DNA from: Octopus vulgaris
Taxonomy: Eukaryota
Direction: 5' to 3'
Assembly: GCA_951406725.2 (NCBI GenBank)
Contig: OX597840.1
Coordinates: forward strand, 25,048,001-25,112,000
Length of the DNA: 64,000 nucleotides
How positions within the stretch are numbered: position 1 is the stretch's first letter; every line of letters starts with the position of its first letter. The position numbers were made by a program, and so were the translations under genes. The notes under the pieces are model-generated. The model searched no databases, was not told the DNA's origin, and saw nothing but the letters and a program-made list of their open reading frames with translations. Below are positions 41,591-55,549 of this stretch, piece after piece.

Positions 41591-42159
41591 GGAGATGAAT
41601 ATTACCTCTCGCTGTTATATATTTTGTCCCTGTCGCTAAAATATATATTTTTACTATTGACTTCACTGTTTTTGTAAGGAAGAAAAAAAATCAGTTTTAT
41701 TCTGTGTCATTGTTATCAAACTATTTTCCCATGATCCTCTTTGTATCGTCAGCTGTGTATGGTGGTGGTGGTGGTGGTGGTGGTGGGGAGGAACATAAGT
41801 GACAGTTTGACGCTTGGCAGTCATTCTAACCAAGCGCTGATCATCCTTTGTCAATGCTACATCAGATGAAACTTGTCTGTGAGTAATCCTTCTCAGTGTT
41901 TCGCCTTCTGTAATTTGTGGTCACCAACTCAATGGAAATGACATGACCTTTCACCTTGTCTGTCACATAAACGTCTGTTATATCCACAAAAATGATGTTG
42001 ACTGCTGCGAGAACTAATTATTGCGATCTTCGGATAGGAATCAACCAATATTTTACAGACTCTCAGCGTGATTCACACAAAACACACAAAAACAATGGAT
42101 CATTAGCGCTGGAACAGAAAAAAAAAGTATTCTTCAGTTTATGTAAGATATCACACTGC

Positions 42160-42537
42160 AGGAGTGGCTGTGTGGTAAGTAGCTTGCTAACCAACCACAT
42201 GGTTCTAGGTTCAGGCCCACTGCGTGGCATCTTGGGCAAGTGTCTTCTGCTATAGCCCCGGGCCGACCAATGCCTTGTGAGTGAATTTGGTAGACGGAAA
42301 CACATATATATGTATATATATATGTGTGTGTTTATGTCTGTGTTTGTCCACCTAGCATTGCTTGATAACCGATGCTGGTGTGTTTACGTCCCTGTCACTT
42401 AGCGGTTTGGTAAAAGAGACCGATAAAATAAGAACTGGGCTTACAAAGAATAAGTCCCGGGGTCGAGTTGCTCGACTAAAGGCGGTGCTCCAGCATTGCC
42501 GCAGTCAAATGACTGAAACAAGTAAAAGAGTAAAGAG
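42160..42537 (+). mobile_element. SINE A, full length
   Basis: Matches the consensus. Confidence 0.9.
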
Positions 42538-42559
42538 TACACGTTATCAAGAATATACT

Positions 42560-43113
42560 GCTTTCAAATTTTTGTATAAGGCCACCATTTTCGGACGAGG
42601 GACTAATTCTGTTACACCGACACCAGTGCTCATTAAGTACGTATTTTATCGACTCTGAAAAGATGCAAAGCAAAGTGGACCTCGGTGGGATTCGAACACC
42701 GATCGTAAAGACGAACGAAATGCTTTCAAGCACTTTTGTCAGGCGTGCTAACGTTTCTGCCAACTCGTCACTTTATTATCAAAAATATATTCTTTTCTAT
42801 CTAGGTGCAAGGACCGAAATTGTTGAGGAGGGGGCCAGTCGATTATATCGACCCCTGTACGCAACTGGTACTTAATTCATCGACCCCGAAAGGATGAAAG
42901 GCAAAGCCGACCTCGGCGGAATTTGCACTCAGAACGCAAAGACAGACGAAATACCTATTTCTTTACTACCCACAAGGGGCTAAACACAGAGAGTACAAAC
43001 GGTGTCGATTAAATAAGTACCAGTCACGCACTGGGGTCGATGTAATCGACTTAATCCCTTTGTCTGTCCTTGTTTGTCCCCTCTGTGTTTAGCCCCTCCT
43101 GTGGGCAGTAAAG
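42560..43113. mobile_element. Cluster of three SINE B copies (42560-42770 -, 42790-42998 -, 43001-43113 +)
   Basis: Central block tcatcctttcggggtcga or its reverse complement in each; different tails. Confidence 0.8.
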
Positions 43114-43260
43114 ATATATATATATATATAACTTATAAAATAAGGGCAAAAGAAAAATTCTAATGCCAAATATGCCGAAAAAAGACAAAATTGTCAATAA
43201 CCATTATAATTTATGCGTCTCGAAACAAGCCGATAGAAATTTCTAAAAAATTCCGTTATT

Positions 43261-43317
43261 ACCGTATTGGTTCCAATTTCGGGGTTAATTCATAAGAATT
43301 TTCCCCTCGTCAGCGAT
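43261..43317 (-). ncRNA. Type I hammerhead ribozyme motif, canonical core
   Basis: Minus strand: atcg CTGACGA gggg aaaattcttatgaattaa cccc GAAA ttgg aa ccaa TA cggt; all three stems pair; inside an AT-rich insert (about 43130-43355) between (TA)n tracts. Confidence 0.85.
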
Positions 43318-43366
43318 AAATACGTAAGTCATAAATGAAATACATAAATGAAATAAATATATATAT

Positions 43367-43433
<67 letters not shown>

Positions 43434-44628
43434 TACAGGCATAGATTTATGATAATATAAAATACTATTATAATTAAGGGTATAATTATATTTTATACTA
43501 TTATAAATCTCTATATATGAATTCACCTTAATAGATCTACAACGTATGCTGGCCACTGACAAAATCTTCAACGATTTTATCCTTTATAGAGTAGACTTTG
43601 AAGTGAGAAGGCAGGTCATTGAAGAGGTCGTGGGAAGCGGACGAAAGGACTAACAAACAACCGATCGATTAGTTATTTGCTAGATCTTTAACCGAGTAAT
43701 GTTACATGCAGTGATACCAAACCAGTGCGTGTATTTACCATTATTGGCGTAATGACCCTACCAAGACACAGGAAATAAAACTAGGTGGAACTAACTAGAG
43801 ACATTAACGAATGGGTATTTCCTTTTTCAAAAGAGGACAGAGAAGTGGGTGGCGGCGGTGGCGGTGGTGGGTATACTGTTGCTTGTAGCGGTGGGAGGGG
43901 CAGTGCTGGTGGTGACAATAGTGATGGTGGTGGTGGTGGTGGTGGTGATGGTGTTGTTGATAGTGATGTTGACTGTGGGGTCGTTCAAGTGGAAGGGACG
44001 ATGGTCGTGATGACGGCGGTGGTGGTGATGGCGGCGTCGGCGGTGGCGGTGGTGGTGTTCGTGGTGGCGGCGGCGGCGGCGATAGCGGTGGTGGTGGTGG
44101 TGGTTGTGGTGATGGTGTTGTTGATTGTGGGGTCGATCAAGTGGAAGGGATGATAGTTGTGATGGCGGCAGCGGTGATGGCGGTGGTGGTGGTGGTGGTG
44201 GTGGTGGTGGTTAAATGAAGCAAAGTTAGGCGGGTCGATAGGGGGGGGGGTCGGTGGCGGCGTTAGGTGTATAATTGTTCAAAGAGGGTGGGCAGGTTTG
44301 TATACGCCCGTTAGCGAGTGTTTAGCATTGCCTGGGACTATATATATATATCCGTCTATATAGCTTTGCTAGAGAGAGGATGGTGTAGGAAAGCCTCAAG
44401 AGTACAGTTTACAAAAGCCAAACAAACAAAGAGAAAATATATCCATATACCCCTTGCTATAGTAATTTCTACACAATAAAATCCACCCGGCCGACAATAG
44501 TCCCACCCCGGCCAATCTAGATTCATCTTAACGTATTTACGTGAACCTAGGCTTTGTTCCCTTTTAAAATAGGAAAACTACACTGTTTGGGGGACCAATC
44601 TGTCACTCTGTTGTAGGCTAGTATATAT

Positions 44629-44710
<82 letters not shown>

Positions 44711-44714
<4 letters not shown>

Positions 44715-44961
44715 TAATAAAAAGGGTCCAGCAAAGAATTGCTTCACCACACACCGAAGTTCAGAAATAGCAGCCAAAAATCTTAGCTATTTCTTCTACT
44801 TTAAAAAGGGTCTTCGGTGTGTGGTGAAGCAATTCTTTGCTGAACCCTTTTTATTATTAGTATTACTTAAGTTTACCGTGAAACGGCCCTTTTTTCATAC
44901 CGAATTCTACTTGGTGAAATTATTGGTTACTTCTTAATTAATTAATTTGACCCTTTGTTAG

Positions 44962-44965
<4 letters not shown>
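44711..44965. mobile_element. Small (TA)n-embedded element with ~50-bp inverted repeat (Penelope-like architecture)
   Basis: aaaaagggtccagcaaagaattgcttcaccacacaccgaag (about 44719-44759) versus cttcggtgtgtggtgaagcaattctttgctgaaccctttt (about 44812-44852). Confidence 0.6.
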
Positions 44966-45010
<45 letters not shown>

Positions 45011-45205
45011 CTAATATGTATGTATATACTAAACAGATACAAAAATACGAATGCAGGCATACGTATATATGAATATTCAATATGCACATATACACATATA
45101 TATATATATATATATGCTTTATAATCCATATACATATGTATGTATGTATGTATCTATCATTATCTCTCTTTCTCTCTCTCTCTCTCTATATATATATGTG
45201 TGTGT

Positions 45206-45612
45206 TGTGTGGTAAGTAGCTTGCTTGCCAACCACATGGTTCCGGGTTCAGTCCCACTGCGTGGCACCTTGGGCAAGTGTCTTCTACTATAGCCCCGGGC
45301 CGACCAAAGCCTTGTGAGTGGATTTGGTAGACGGAAACTGAAAGAAGCCTGTCGTATATATGTATATATATATATATATATATGTGTGTATGTGTGTGTG
45401 TTTGTGTGTCTGTGTTTGTCCCCCTAGCATTGCTTGACAACCGATGCTGGTGTGTTTACGTCCCCGTCACTTAGCAGTTCGGCAAAAGAGACCGAAGGAA
45501 TAAGTACTGGGCTTACAAAAGAATAAGTCCCGGGGTCGATTTGCTCGACTAAAAGGCGGTGCTCCAGCATGGCCGCAGTCAAATGACTGAAACAAGTAAA
45601 AGAGTAAAAGAG
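45206..45612 (+). mobile_element. SINE A, full length
   Basis: Matches the consensus. Confidence 0.9.
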
Positions 45613-46519
45613 TATACATACATATGCACATAGGATTTCATTCAGTGCGTTTTGCGTGTATGTATAAAATTGTTTGTATCATAGTGTGTATGTACGTCTG
45701 TATGTGTGTGTGTGTGTATGTATGTGTGTGAGTCTAAACATACACGCACACATCTATGTAAATATGTATGTACGTATGTGCGGCTACACCGCCTTTCCCT
45801 TCGACTGTGATCCCTAAAGGCCTTTCTACTCGGCTCCCTATTCTAAAAATACTTTGTTGACATACCGGCCTCTTCACCCATCCACTTCAGTTGATACGAG
45901 GAGGGCTTCCTATAAACCTGTCTCTATACATAAATACAATCACACACACACAAATATATACACAAATACACGCATATAATTACACAAATACATATACACA
46001 CACACACATACATCCATGTATACATACCTATATAAGCGTATAAGTTTCTATACTGATATGTTACGCACACAGATTCATACAAAAGTCACATATACGCAGG
46101 AATATGCGCATAACTTGATCATCACCTGATATCTACAGTCACCCACACACTGGGGGACACATATTCTACGCAGGTGTCTGTTTATATATTCAATAGCTGA
46201 GCTTTCAAATAAATATACTTACATGCGTATAGTTAGTGTACGTGTGTGTATATGTATGTAGGAATGTATGTATGCATGTGTGTATGTATGTATGTATGTA
46301 TGTATGTATGTATGTATGTATGCATGTATGTATGTATGTATGTATGTAATGTATGTATGTATGTGTAGGTATATGCGTGTGTGTGTGCGTTTGTTTGAAC
46401 TAATCTGTGTAGGAATTAATGTTTGTGTGTATTTGTGTGATACAAATTGTGTCTGCGTATGTAAGTGTATATAGGTATATACGTACGTGTTTGTGAATAT
46501 ATATTTATGTATATATACG

Positions 46520-46555
<36 letters not shown>

Positions 46556-46621
46556 TGTATGTATGTATGTATGTTTGTATGTATGTATGTATGTATGTAT
46601 ATATGCGTATGCATATATATA

Positions 46622-46652
<31 letters not shown>

Positions 46653-46672
46653 TACACATGCAAACATACGTA

Positions 46673-46718
<46 letters not shown>

Positions 46719-46900
46719 TACATACATAGGCTCAGGCATGGTTGTGTGGTAAGTAGCTTGCTTACGAACCACATGGTTCCGGGTTCAGTCCCACTGCGTG
46801 GCACCTTGGGCTCCCTCTTCAGCACCACGTCCAACCTATTAACCATTCACAGACACGTTGCTTAAATAGCTACCGAATATAGAGGTGTAGTACAATTGGA

Positions 46901-47287
46901 GTGGAGGCGCAATGGCCCAGTGGTTAGGGCAGCGGACTCGCGGTCGTAGGATCGCGGTTTCGATTCCCAGACCGGGCGTTGTGAGTGTTTATTGAGCGAA
47001 AACACCTGAAGCTCCGCGAGGCTCCGGCAGGGGATGGTGGTGATCCCTGCTGTACTCTTTCACCACAACTTTCTCTCACTCTTACTTCCTGTTTCTGTTG
47101 TACCTGTATTTCAAAGGGCCGGCCTTGTCACTCTCTGTGTCACGCTGAATATCCCCGAGAACTACGTTAAGGGTGCACGTGTCTGTGGAGTGCTCAGCCA
47201 CTTACACGTTAATTTCACGAGCAGGCTGTTCCGTTGATTCGGATCAACCGGAACCCTCGTCGTCGTAACCGACGGAGTGCTTCCAAA
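46901..47287 (+). mobile_element. tRNA-derived SINE family C, full length, 12-bp TSD
   Basis: tggcccagtggttagggc A-box, ggtttcgattccc B-box; TSD agtacaattgga at 46889-46900 and 47288-47299. Confidence 0.93.
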
Positions 47288-47339
47288 AGTACAATTGGAT
47301 ATACGAATTTTATTCAGTAAACTCATTCTTGGCAACTGG

Positions 47340-47560
47340 TTTCAAACTAGTTTCAGATTTTGGCACAAGGCCAGCAATTCCGGAGGAGAGGGGGTTAAAT
47401 CGATTGTATCGACCCCAGTGATCAACTGATATTTATTTTTTCGACCTCGAAAGGATGAAAGGCAAAGTCGACCCCGACAGAATTTGAACTCAGAACGGAA
47501 AGACGAACGAAATGCCGTTATGCATTTTGTCCGGCATGCTAACGATTCCGCCAGCTGGCC
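47340..47560 (-). mobile_element. SINE B, full length, non-Tx1 tail
   Basis: Reverse complement of ggccagctggcggaatcgttagcatgccgg...gctggccttgtgccaaaatctgaaac. Confidence 0.85.
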
Positions 47561-47624
47561 ACCAACTGTTAAGTACACATTGATTGCTGTCTAGGACACC
47601 GTATTTCATTATAAATTAAATAAA

Positions 47625-47812
47625 TGCGCCCTTTTAAAGCCTAGCCAGGCTCATGGGCCCGGTTTCCCGGTTTCTATGGCGTATGTGTTCCCCAGCAACG
47701 TGAAATGAAGTGTTTTGCTCAAGAACACAACGCGTCGCCTGGTCCAGGAATCGAAACCAAAATCTTATGATCATGGGGCTGACACCCTAACCACTAAGCC
47801 ACGCGCCTCCAC
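47625..47812 (-). mobile_element. SINE D, internally deleted
   Basis: Paralogue of 26171-26410. Confidence 0.8.
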
Positions 47813-47986
47813 TGTATTTCATCATGCAACCATAATATACTAAATAATTGCATAACGAAATACGGTATCCCGATGAGCATTTAACACATATGTTAAGTAT
47901 TATGACAGCATTATAAAGCTACGTCGAACTCAAGTTAGAATTTTGTTTTACTTGTGCAGTGCTCTTGCACATCAGCAGATAGATTT

Positions 47987-48371
47987 TGGAAGCACTCCGT
48001 CGGTTACGACGACGAGGGTTCCGGTTGATCCGAATCAACGGAACAGCCTGCTCGTGAAATTAACGTGTAAGTGGCTGAGCACTCCACAGACACGTGCACC
48101 CTTAACGTAGTTCTCGGGGATATTCAGCGTGACGCAGAGAGTGACAAGGCTGGCCCTTTGAAATACAGGTACAACAGAAACAGGAAGTAAGAGTGAGAGA
48201 AAGTTGTGGTGAAAGAGTACAGCAGGGATCACCACCATCCCCTGCCGGAGCCTCGTGGAGCTTTAGGTGTTTTCGCTCAATAAACACTCACAACGCCCGG
48301 TCTGGGAATCGAAACCGCGATCCTACGACTGCGAGTCCGCTGCCCTAACCACTGGGCCATTGCGCCTCCAC
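47987..48371 (-). mobile_element. SINE C, full length, TSD agatagatttt
   Basis: Near-identical reverse complement of 46901-47287. Confidence 0.93.
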
Positions 48372-48974
48372 TAGATAGATTTTATGCCATCTGTATATAC
48401 TTCGGGCCAGCGATTTGAATTCGTTTCGAGAGACGAATCGAGTATACGGCACATGAACTGAAATAAAAGCGAAACGTCGATATCTGTCGTTCTTGTTCAC
48501 CTCTGGAGTGATTTGTATCGCCTGGTTTTGATGATCTGAAGCATCACTGAACAGCATCGGCAATTCGCTTCTCATTTGTCTAAAGTTAAAAGATTCGTTT
48601 ATGCTAAAAGCGACATCAATTTACTGTGTTCTATTTTCTACCAGTTTCTCGTACTGAATATTCTAGTTTCTTTTCTGTTTACTTGCATGACATCATCCAA
48701 TTTCTTTACTAACCACAAGGTCCCAAACATAGAGGGGGTGCAATACAGCCTTATTGGGGTCAGACACACAATGATTATATGACTTTTAAAATTTTACAAA
48801 ATATAATGAAATCGAATGAAATCGAATGAGATACAACAAGGACGAAATGCAAACATGAAATGAAGCAGAGAGACGGCTTGGGCTCCGACCCCACGGGCCC
48901 CATTCTCCTACTGAAAATTTTGTATGCAGACTTATGACATGTTCACGAGGAATCTTTCATTCCCATCTGTCTCT

Positions 48975-49382
48975 TTACTCTTTACTCTTTTTACTTGTTT
49001 CAGTCATTTGACTGCGGCCATGCTGGAGCACCGCCTTTAGTCGAGCAAATCGACCCCGGGACTTATTCTTTTGTAAGCCCAGTACTTATTCTATCGGTCT
49101 CTTTTGCCGAACCGCTAAGTGACGGGGACGTAAACACACCAGCATCGGTTGTCAAGCAATGCTAGGGGAACAAACACAGACACACAAACATATTCACACA
49201 CACTTATATATATATACATATATACGACAGGCTTCTTTCAGTTTCCGTCTACCAAATCCACTCACAAGGCATTGGTCGGCCCGGGGCTATAGCAGAAGAC
49301 ACTTGCCCAAGATGCCACGCAGTGGGACTGAACCCGGAACCATGTGGTTGGTTAGCAAGCTACTTACCAAACAGCCACTCCT
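48975..49382 (-). mobile_element. SINE A, full length
   Basis: Reverse-complement match. Confidence 0.92.
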
Positions 49383-49711
49383 GTCTGTTTAGCATTTTAA
49401 ATTCTAAAATATGAATAACGCTATTGCTGCAATACAAGTGGTACACATTTAATGTTATACACGCAAAAATATGTACAACGAGATGTTCTACGGGACATTT
49501 ACTCAATCCCGGTTATAATTAATGTTGTAATTTGAAACTTATTATTTCTCTATGCATCGTTTCCATTTATTTCAAATTCTGAACTCGACAAACTTAAGAC
49601 GAACACATGTTGTTTAGCTTTTCTGAATTATAGTATCTCTGAGCTGAAAAAAGGTCTACAGTTCTGGTGATACTCAGAAAATTTTATAAAAATATCAATT
49701 GTAATTAATGT

Positions 49712-50158
49712 ATGGTGGCACATAAAAAACACCATCCGAGCGTGGCCGTTCGCCAGCCTCGTCTGGCACTTGTGTCGGTGGCACATAAAAAACACCATCC
49801 GAGCGTGGCCGTTCGCCAGCCTCGTCTGGCACCTGTGTCGGTGGCACATAAAAAACACCATCCGAGCGTGGCCGTTCGCCAGCCTCGTCTGGCACCTGTG
49901 TCGGTGGCACACAAAAAACACCATCCGAGCGTGGCCGTTCGCCAGCCTCGTCTGACACCTGTGTCGGTGGCACATAAAATCACCCACTACACTCACGGAG
50001 TGGTTGGCGTTAGGAAGGGCATCCAGCTGTAGAAACACTGCCAGATCTGACTGGCCTGGTGCAACCTTCGGGCTCCCCAGACCCCAGTTGAACCGTCCAA
50101 CCCATGCTACCATGGAAATCGGACGTTAAACGATGATGATGATGATGATGATGATGAT
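49712..50158 (+). mobile_element. 5'-truncated retroposon with 63-bp tandem repeat (~4.2 units) and (GAT)n tail
   Basis: ggtggcac at 49714, 49777, 49840, 49903 and 49966; ends catggaaatcggacgttaaac(gat)n, a tail style typical of RTE-mobilised elements. Confidence 0.75.
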
Positions 50159-50599
50159 GTATCTGTGCGTACCCATATTTTGTACATTGGTAACCCCGAC
50201 GTGATAAAACACGCATGAACAGTACAGAATATGTTTACTTGGCACATTTTAAAAGACCACGTGTTTATAGACTCTTCTCCGTCACTCAATAAAAAAAGGG
50301 ATGTTTACAGACGCCTTCTGAAATATTTAGGCATCACGTGTTTAGCAATCCATCAATATTTTCAATATTGGTCATTGATCGATATTTTATATCTCCACTT
50401 ATTTTCTGATTCCGCCAGCGGAATATCATGAATTTATGTATAAACCACCTGCATACTATTTTGTGAAACCGTGACCATCTCAACGGTTAAACTCTCGCAC
50501 AAGTATCTTATGTGTGTGTGTGTGTGTGTGTGTGTGTGAGTGTGAGTGTGTGCGTGTGTGTATCTGAGTATGTGTGTGTGTGTGTATCTGTGTGTATGT

Positions 50600-50790
50600 T
50601 CCTGTCTGTGTTTGTCTCCTACATTATCGCTTGGCAACCGGTGTTGGTGCGTTTGCGTCCCCGTGTCTTAGCGGTTCGGCAAAAGAGACCGATAGAATAA
50701 GTACCAGGCTTACAAAATAAGTACTGGGGTCGATTCATTCAACCTGGAGCCCCAGCAAGATCGCAGTTTCATGACTGCAACAAGTAAAAG
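50600..50790 (+). mobile_element. SINE A 3' half, diverged
   Basis: gcggttcggcaaaagagaccgatagaataagtacc... Confidence 0.75.
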
Positions 50791-50977
50791 AAAAAAAGAG
50801 AAAAGATGGTAGAAATTATAAGCAATTTGTTGCAAATTAATTTTAACAACTAAAATCTTATAAAGACCCCCACCAAGGCCCATAGAGACCCGAGGGGACA
50901 CGTGGACCCTGGCTTAGAACCACTGATTTACAGGAATACAGTTACCATTGGTTTTGCACTTTATGGTAGTGAGAGCA

Positions 50978-51250
50978 AAATACCGCTAAGCATTTCGCCC
51001 AGTGTGCTAACATTTCTTATTTCTTTACTGCCCACAAGGGGCTAAACATAGAGGGGACAAACAAGATCAGACAAGGAGATTAAGTCGATTACATCGACGC
51101 CAGTGCGTAACTGATACTTAATTTATCGACCCTGAAAGGATGAAAGGCAAAGTCGAGCTCAGCAGAATTTGAACTTAGAACGTAACGGCAGACAAAACAC
51201 CGCTAAGCAGTTCGCCCGGCGTGCTAACGTTTCTGCCACCAGCTCGCCAC
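50978..51250 (-). mobile_element. SINE B with Tx1-like tail followed by a second head fragment
   Basis: Minus strand: full copy ...gtgggcagtaaagaaata joined to agaaatgttagcacactgggcgaaatgcttagcggtatttt. Confidence 0.85.
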
Positions 51251-51435
51251 CTTAAATATCAAGGATCAGGGTGTGCGACGGGTGAGATATGAAGGAGTAC
51301 AGGCATGGACTGGCCTTGAAAAGCCAAGCCGGGTCACCTCGCAACCAACGTCATAATGTCACAGTTACATAAAGTAGCAGGAAACTTGTTGAATGTTCAT
51401 GTTTGCATCGATATATATATATATATATATTTAGG

Positions 51436-51591
51436 CGCAGGAGTGGCTGCGTGGTAAGAAGCTTACTTCCCAAATATATGGCTCCCAATTCAGTCCCATT
51501 GCGTGGTACATTCAACAAGTGTCTTCTATGATAGCCTTGGGCCAAAGCTTTGAGTGAATTTGGTACACGGAAGCTGAACGAATCGCGTCGG

Positions 51592-51659
<68 letters not shown>

Positions 51660-51759
51660 TAATCAAAATAAATCAAAATAAAAACATGATGCCAAGGATT
51701 CAGCGGTACATATGTTTCGGGCCTTTATTAGACGTACAAATATCAAGTACTCACCCTGA

Positions 51760-51802
<43 letters not shown>

Positions 51803-52020
51803 TGTGTTTGCCCCCTTGCCCCCGTCACCGCTTGACAACCGGTGTTGGTGTGTTTACGTCCCCGCAACCTAGGCGGTTCGGCCAAAATACACCAATAGAG
51901 TAAGTACAAGGCTTAAGAAGTAAGTCGTGGGGTCGATTTGTGCGACTAAAAAAAAAAACCCCTTCGAGGCGGTGCTCCAGCATGGCCGCAATCAAATGAC
52001 TGAAACAAGCAAAAGAGAAA
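51436..52020 (+). mobile_element. SINE A whose internal (TA)n holds a secondary insert (about 51656-51762)
   Basis: Head 51436-51590, 3' half 51800-52020; the insert carries gaaacatatgta on the minus strand. Confidence 0.75.
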
Positions 52021-52086
52021 GAAAAAACAAGAAAATATACATGTGTATGTGTGTGTGTGTGTGTATGCGCGCGCGCACGCACAGAT

Positions 52087-52127
<41 letters not shown>

Positions 52128-52329
52128 AATATAGTTTGTATTTGGTGTGTGTATTGTATCCCTTGTCGCTGCGCACACACACATATATACATATATATAT
52201 ATGTATGTATACATATACATGCATACATACAAACATACATACATTCATATTCACATATATATGTACAGTGAGAAGGGCTCCAAGAGAAACCATACATAAT
52301 AGTATGCATGTATATATGTATGTGCATAT

Positions 52330-52761
<432 letters not shown>

Positions 52762-53004
52762 CATCAAGCTATCTGTCTGTCTGTGTGTCTTTCTGTCTGT
52801 CTCTCAATGAATTAAACTTCATTTTGCCTTCATCCCCCCCCCTCCACATCCTAGGTGTTGTGTAGGACTTCCTCCTCATCCCAATCCTTCACCATTTTTA
52901 GGCGATATGGTGTGTGATTCGAGGTAGTTCTAGCTGCCATTACCCCCCTCTACAACTCAACGTCCGACGGGATGGTCACGACAAGAACACTTTAGACTAC
53001 AGGC

Positions 53005-53429
53005 TGGGCGAGCTGGCAGAAACGTTAGCACGCCGGGCGAAATGCTTAGCGGTATTTCGTCTGAGTTACGTTGTGAGTTCAAATTCCGCCGAGGTCGACT
53101 TTGCCTTTCATCCTTTCGGGGTCGATAAATTAAGTACCAGTCACGCACTGGGGTCGATATAATCGACTTAATACCTATGTCTGTCCTTGTTTGTCCCCTC
53201 TGTGTTTAGCCCCTTGTGGGTAGTAAAGAAATAGAAATAGGTATTTCGTCTGAGTTACGTTGTGAGTTCAAATTCCGCCGAGGTCGACTTTGCCTTTCAT
53301 CCTTTCGGGGTCGATAAATTAAGTACCAGTTACGCACTGGGGTCGATGTAATCGACTTAATACCTATGTCTGTCCTTGTTTGTCCCCTCTGTGTTTAGCC
53401 CCTTGTGGGTAGTAAAGAAATAGAAATAG
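53005..53429 (+). mobile_element. SINE B full length plus one tandem unit, both with Tx1-like tail
   Basis: Head ggcgagctggcagaaacgttagcacg; junction aaagaaatagaaata|ggtatttcgtctgag at about 53240. Confidence 0.92.
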
Positions 53430-53445
53430 GAGTGGACCGCAACAG

Positions 53446-53480
<35 letters not shown>

Positions 53481-53557
53481 ACAGCCGTATGCTCTATTTA
53501 GTTCACGGCGTAATTTATATCAACACCGAAACCTATGACGTGGCGAAGACGGCGACG

Positions 53558-53599
<42 letters not shown>

Positions 53600-54450
53600 T
53601 GTGTGTGCGTGCGTGTGCGTGTGTGTGTCATAGTTGAGTGTGAATCGTGAGTGATGTGTAAATGCTTGTGACATCTATTCATTCATTAAAGATATTCAGA
53701 CAGGCGTTCGTTCATTCATACGTTTATTAAATCATTGAAGAGAGCTTCAAAGATAAATGAAAAGAGAGAGGGAGAGAGAAGGGAGAGGGGGTCAAATAAA
53801 GGGAGAGAGAGACAGAGAGAGAGAGAGGGTGTGTCAGATAGTGTGTGTGTGTGTATTTAGGAGTGTGTGTGTGTGTGAGAGAGAGAGAAAGAGAGAGACG
53901 GCTGAAAAATAATCAGATTTCTGCCACTACCTAAATGACAACAGCAACGTTTGCAATTTTCTGGGTGGGATATATGTGTGTGTATGTATGTGTGTGTGTA
54001 TGTGTGTGTGTATGTGTGTATGTATGTGTGTGTATGTGTGTATGTATGTATGTATGTATGTATGTATGTATGTGTGTGTGTGTGTGTGTATGTATGTGTG
54101 TGTGTGTGTGTATGTGTGTGTGTATGTATGTATGTATGTGTGTGTATGTACGTGTGTGTGTGTATGTATGTATGTATGTATGTATGTGTGTATGTATGTA
54201 TGTATGTATGTATGTATGTATGTGTGTATGTACGTATGTATGTATGTACGTATGTATGTATGTGTGTATGTATGTGTGTGTGTATGTATGTATGTATGTA
54301 TGTATGTATGTATGTGTGTGTATATGTATGTATGTATGTGTGTGTATATGTATGTATGTATGTATGTGTGTATGTATGTATGTATGCTATATTCAAAGAT
54401 TCCTATAGGCCCATTGACACGGCGAAACTTCGACGGCAAATCTTTGTTAA

Positions 54451-54497
<47 letters not shown>

Positions 54498-54549
54498 CAT
54501 ACATATATTCATACAGACATACATGCATATAGATAAATAGATATACATA

Positions 54550-54593
<44 letters not shown>

Positions 54594-54630
54594 TTCACAC
54601 ACATATATATATATATATATATATGTGTGA

Positions 54631-54675
<45 letters not shown>

Positions 54676-54756
54676 CATATATGTATGTATGTATATATAT
54701 GTATATATATACATATATATATATATATACATATATATATATTGTGTGTGTGTGTG

Positions 54757-54794
<38 letters not shown>

Positions 54795-55179
54795 CTACAT
54801 GCATGCCTATACACACACACGTGTATATGTGTGTGATGTGTGTGTGTGCGTATTGATATATTTATGTGTGCATGGAAGAAGCAATGCGCTTCTGGTTCTG
54901 TTAATGCGGTGCTTACCGTTTCGAGGAAGAATGAAAGCTGATTAATTTCTTCGCATTCTTTTCCGATTCCTCTCCACCTCCCTCCTCCCTTCCTCTCTCT
55001 TTCCTTTTACACAAACTCCATCACAAAATACGCGTGTGTTTATATATATGTATACGTTTGTGTGTGTGTGTGGGGGGGGGGGAAGAGGGCATTTTTTTTT
55101 TCTATATATGTATGTACACATGAAATTCAGGCTATGTAGTAGACACATGAAATGATGCATATTACATTCGAAACATATG

Positions 55180-55220
<41 letters not shown>

Positions 55221-55239
55221 TATATATGCGCATATATTT

Positions 55240-55298
<59 letters not shown>

Positions 55299-55426
55299 AT
55301 ATATATATATGTATATGTATATATATATAAAATATATAAGTATATATATATGTGTATATATATATGTGTGTGTGTGTGTGTATATATATATAGATATATA
55401 CACACATATATATATATATGCATATA

Positions 55427-55549
<123 letters not shown>

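Noticed and set aside
46901-46978. tRNA gene
   Set aside because: The tRNA-like head continues into a SINE body with a TSD and several copies, so it is a SINE head
50860-50930. Possible hAT-like terminus (ggcttagaaccactg)
   Set aside because: Only one end seen, with no matching TIR or TSD
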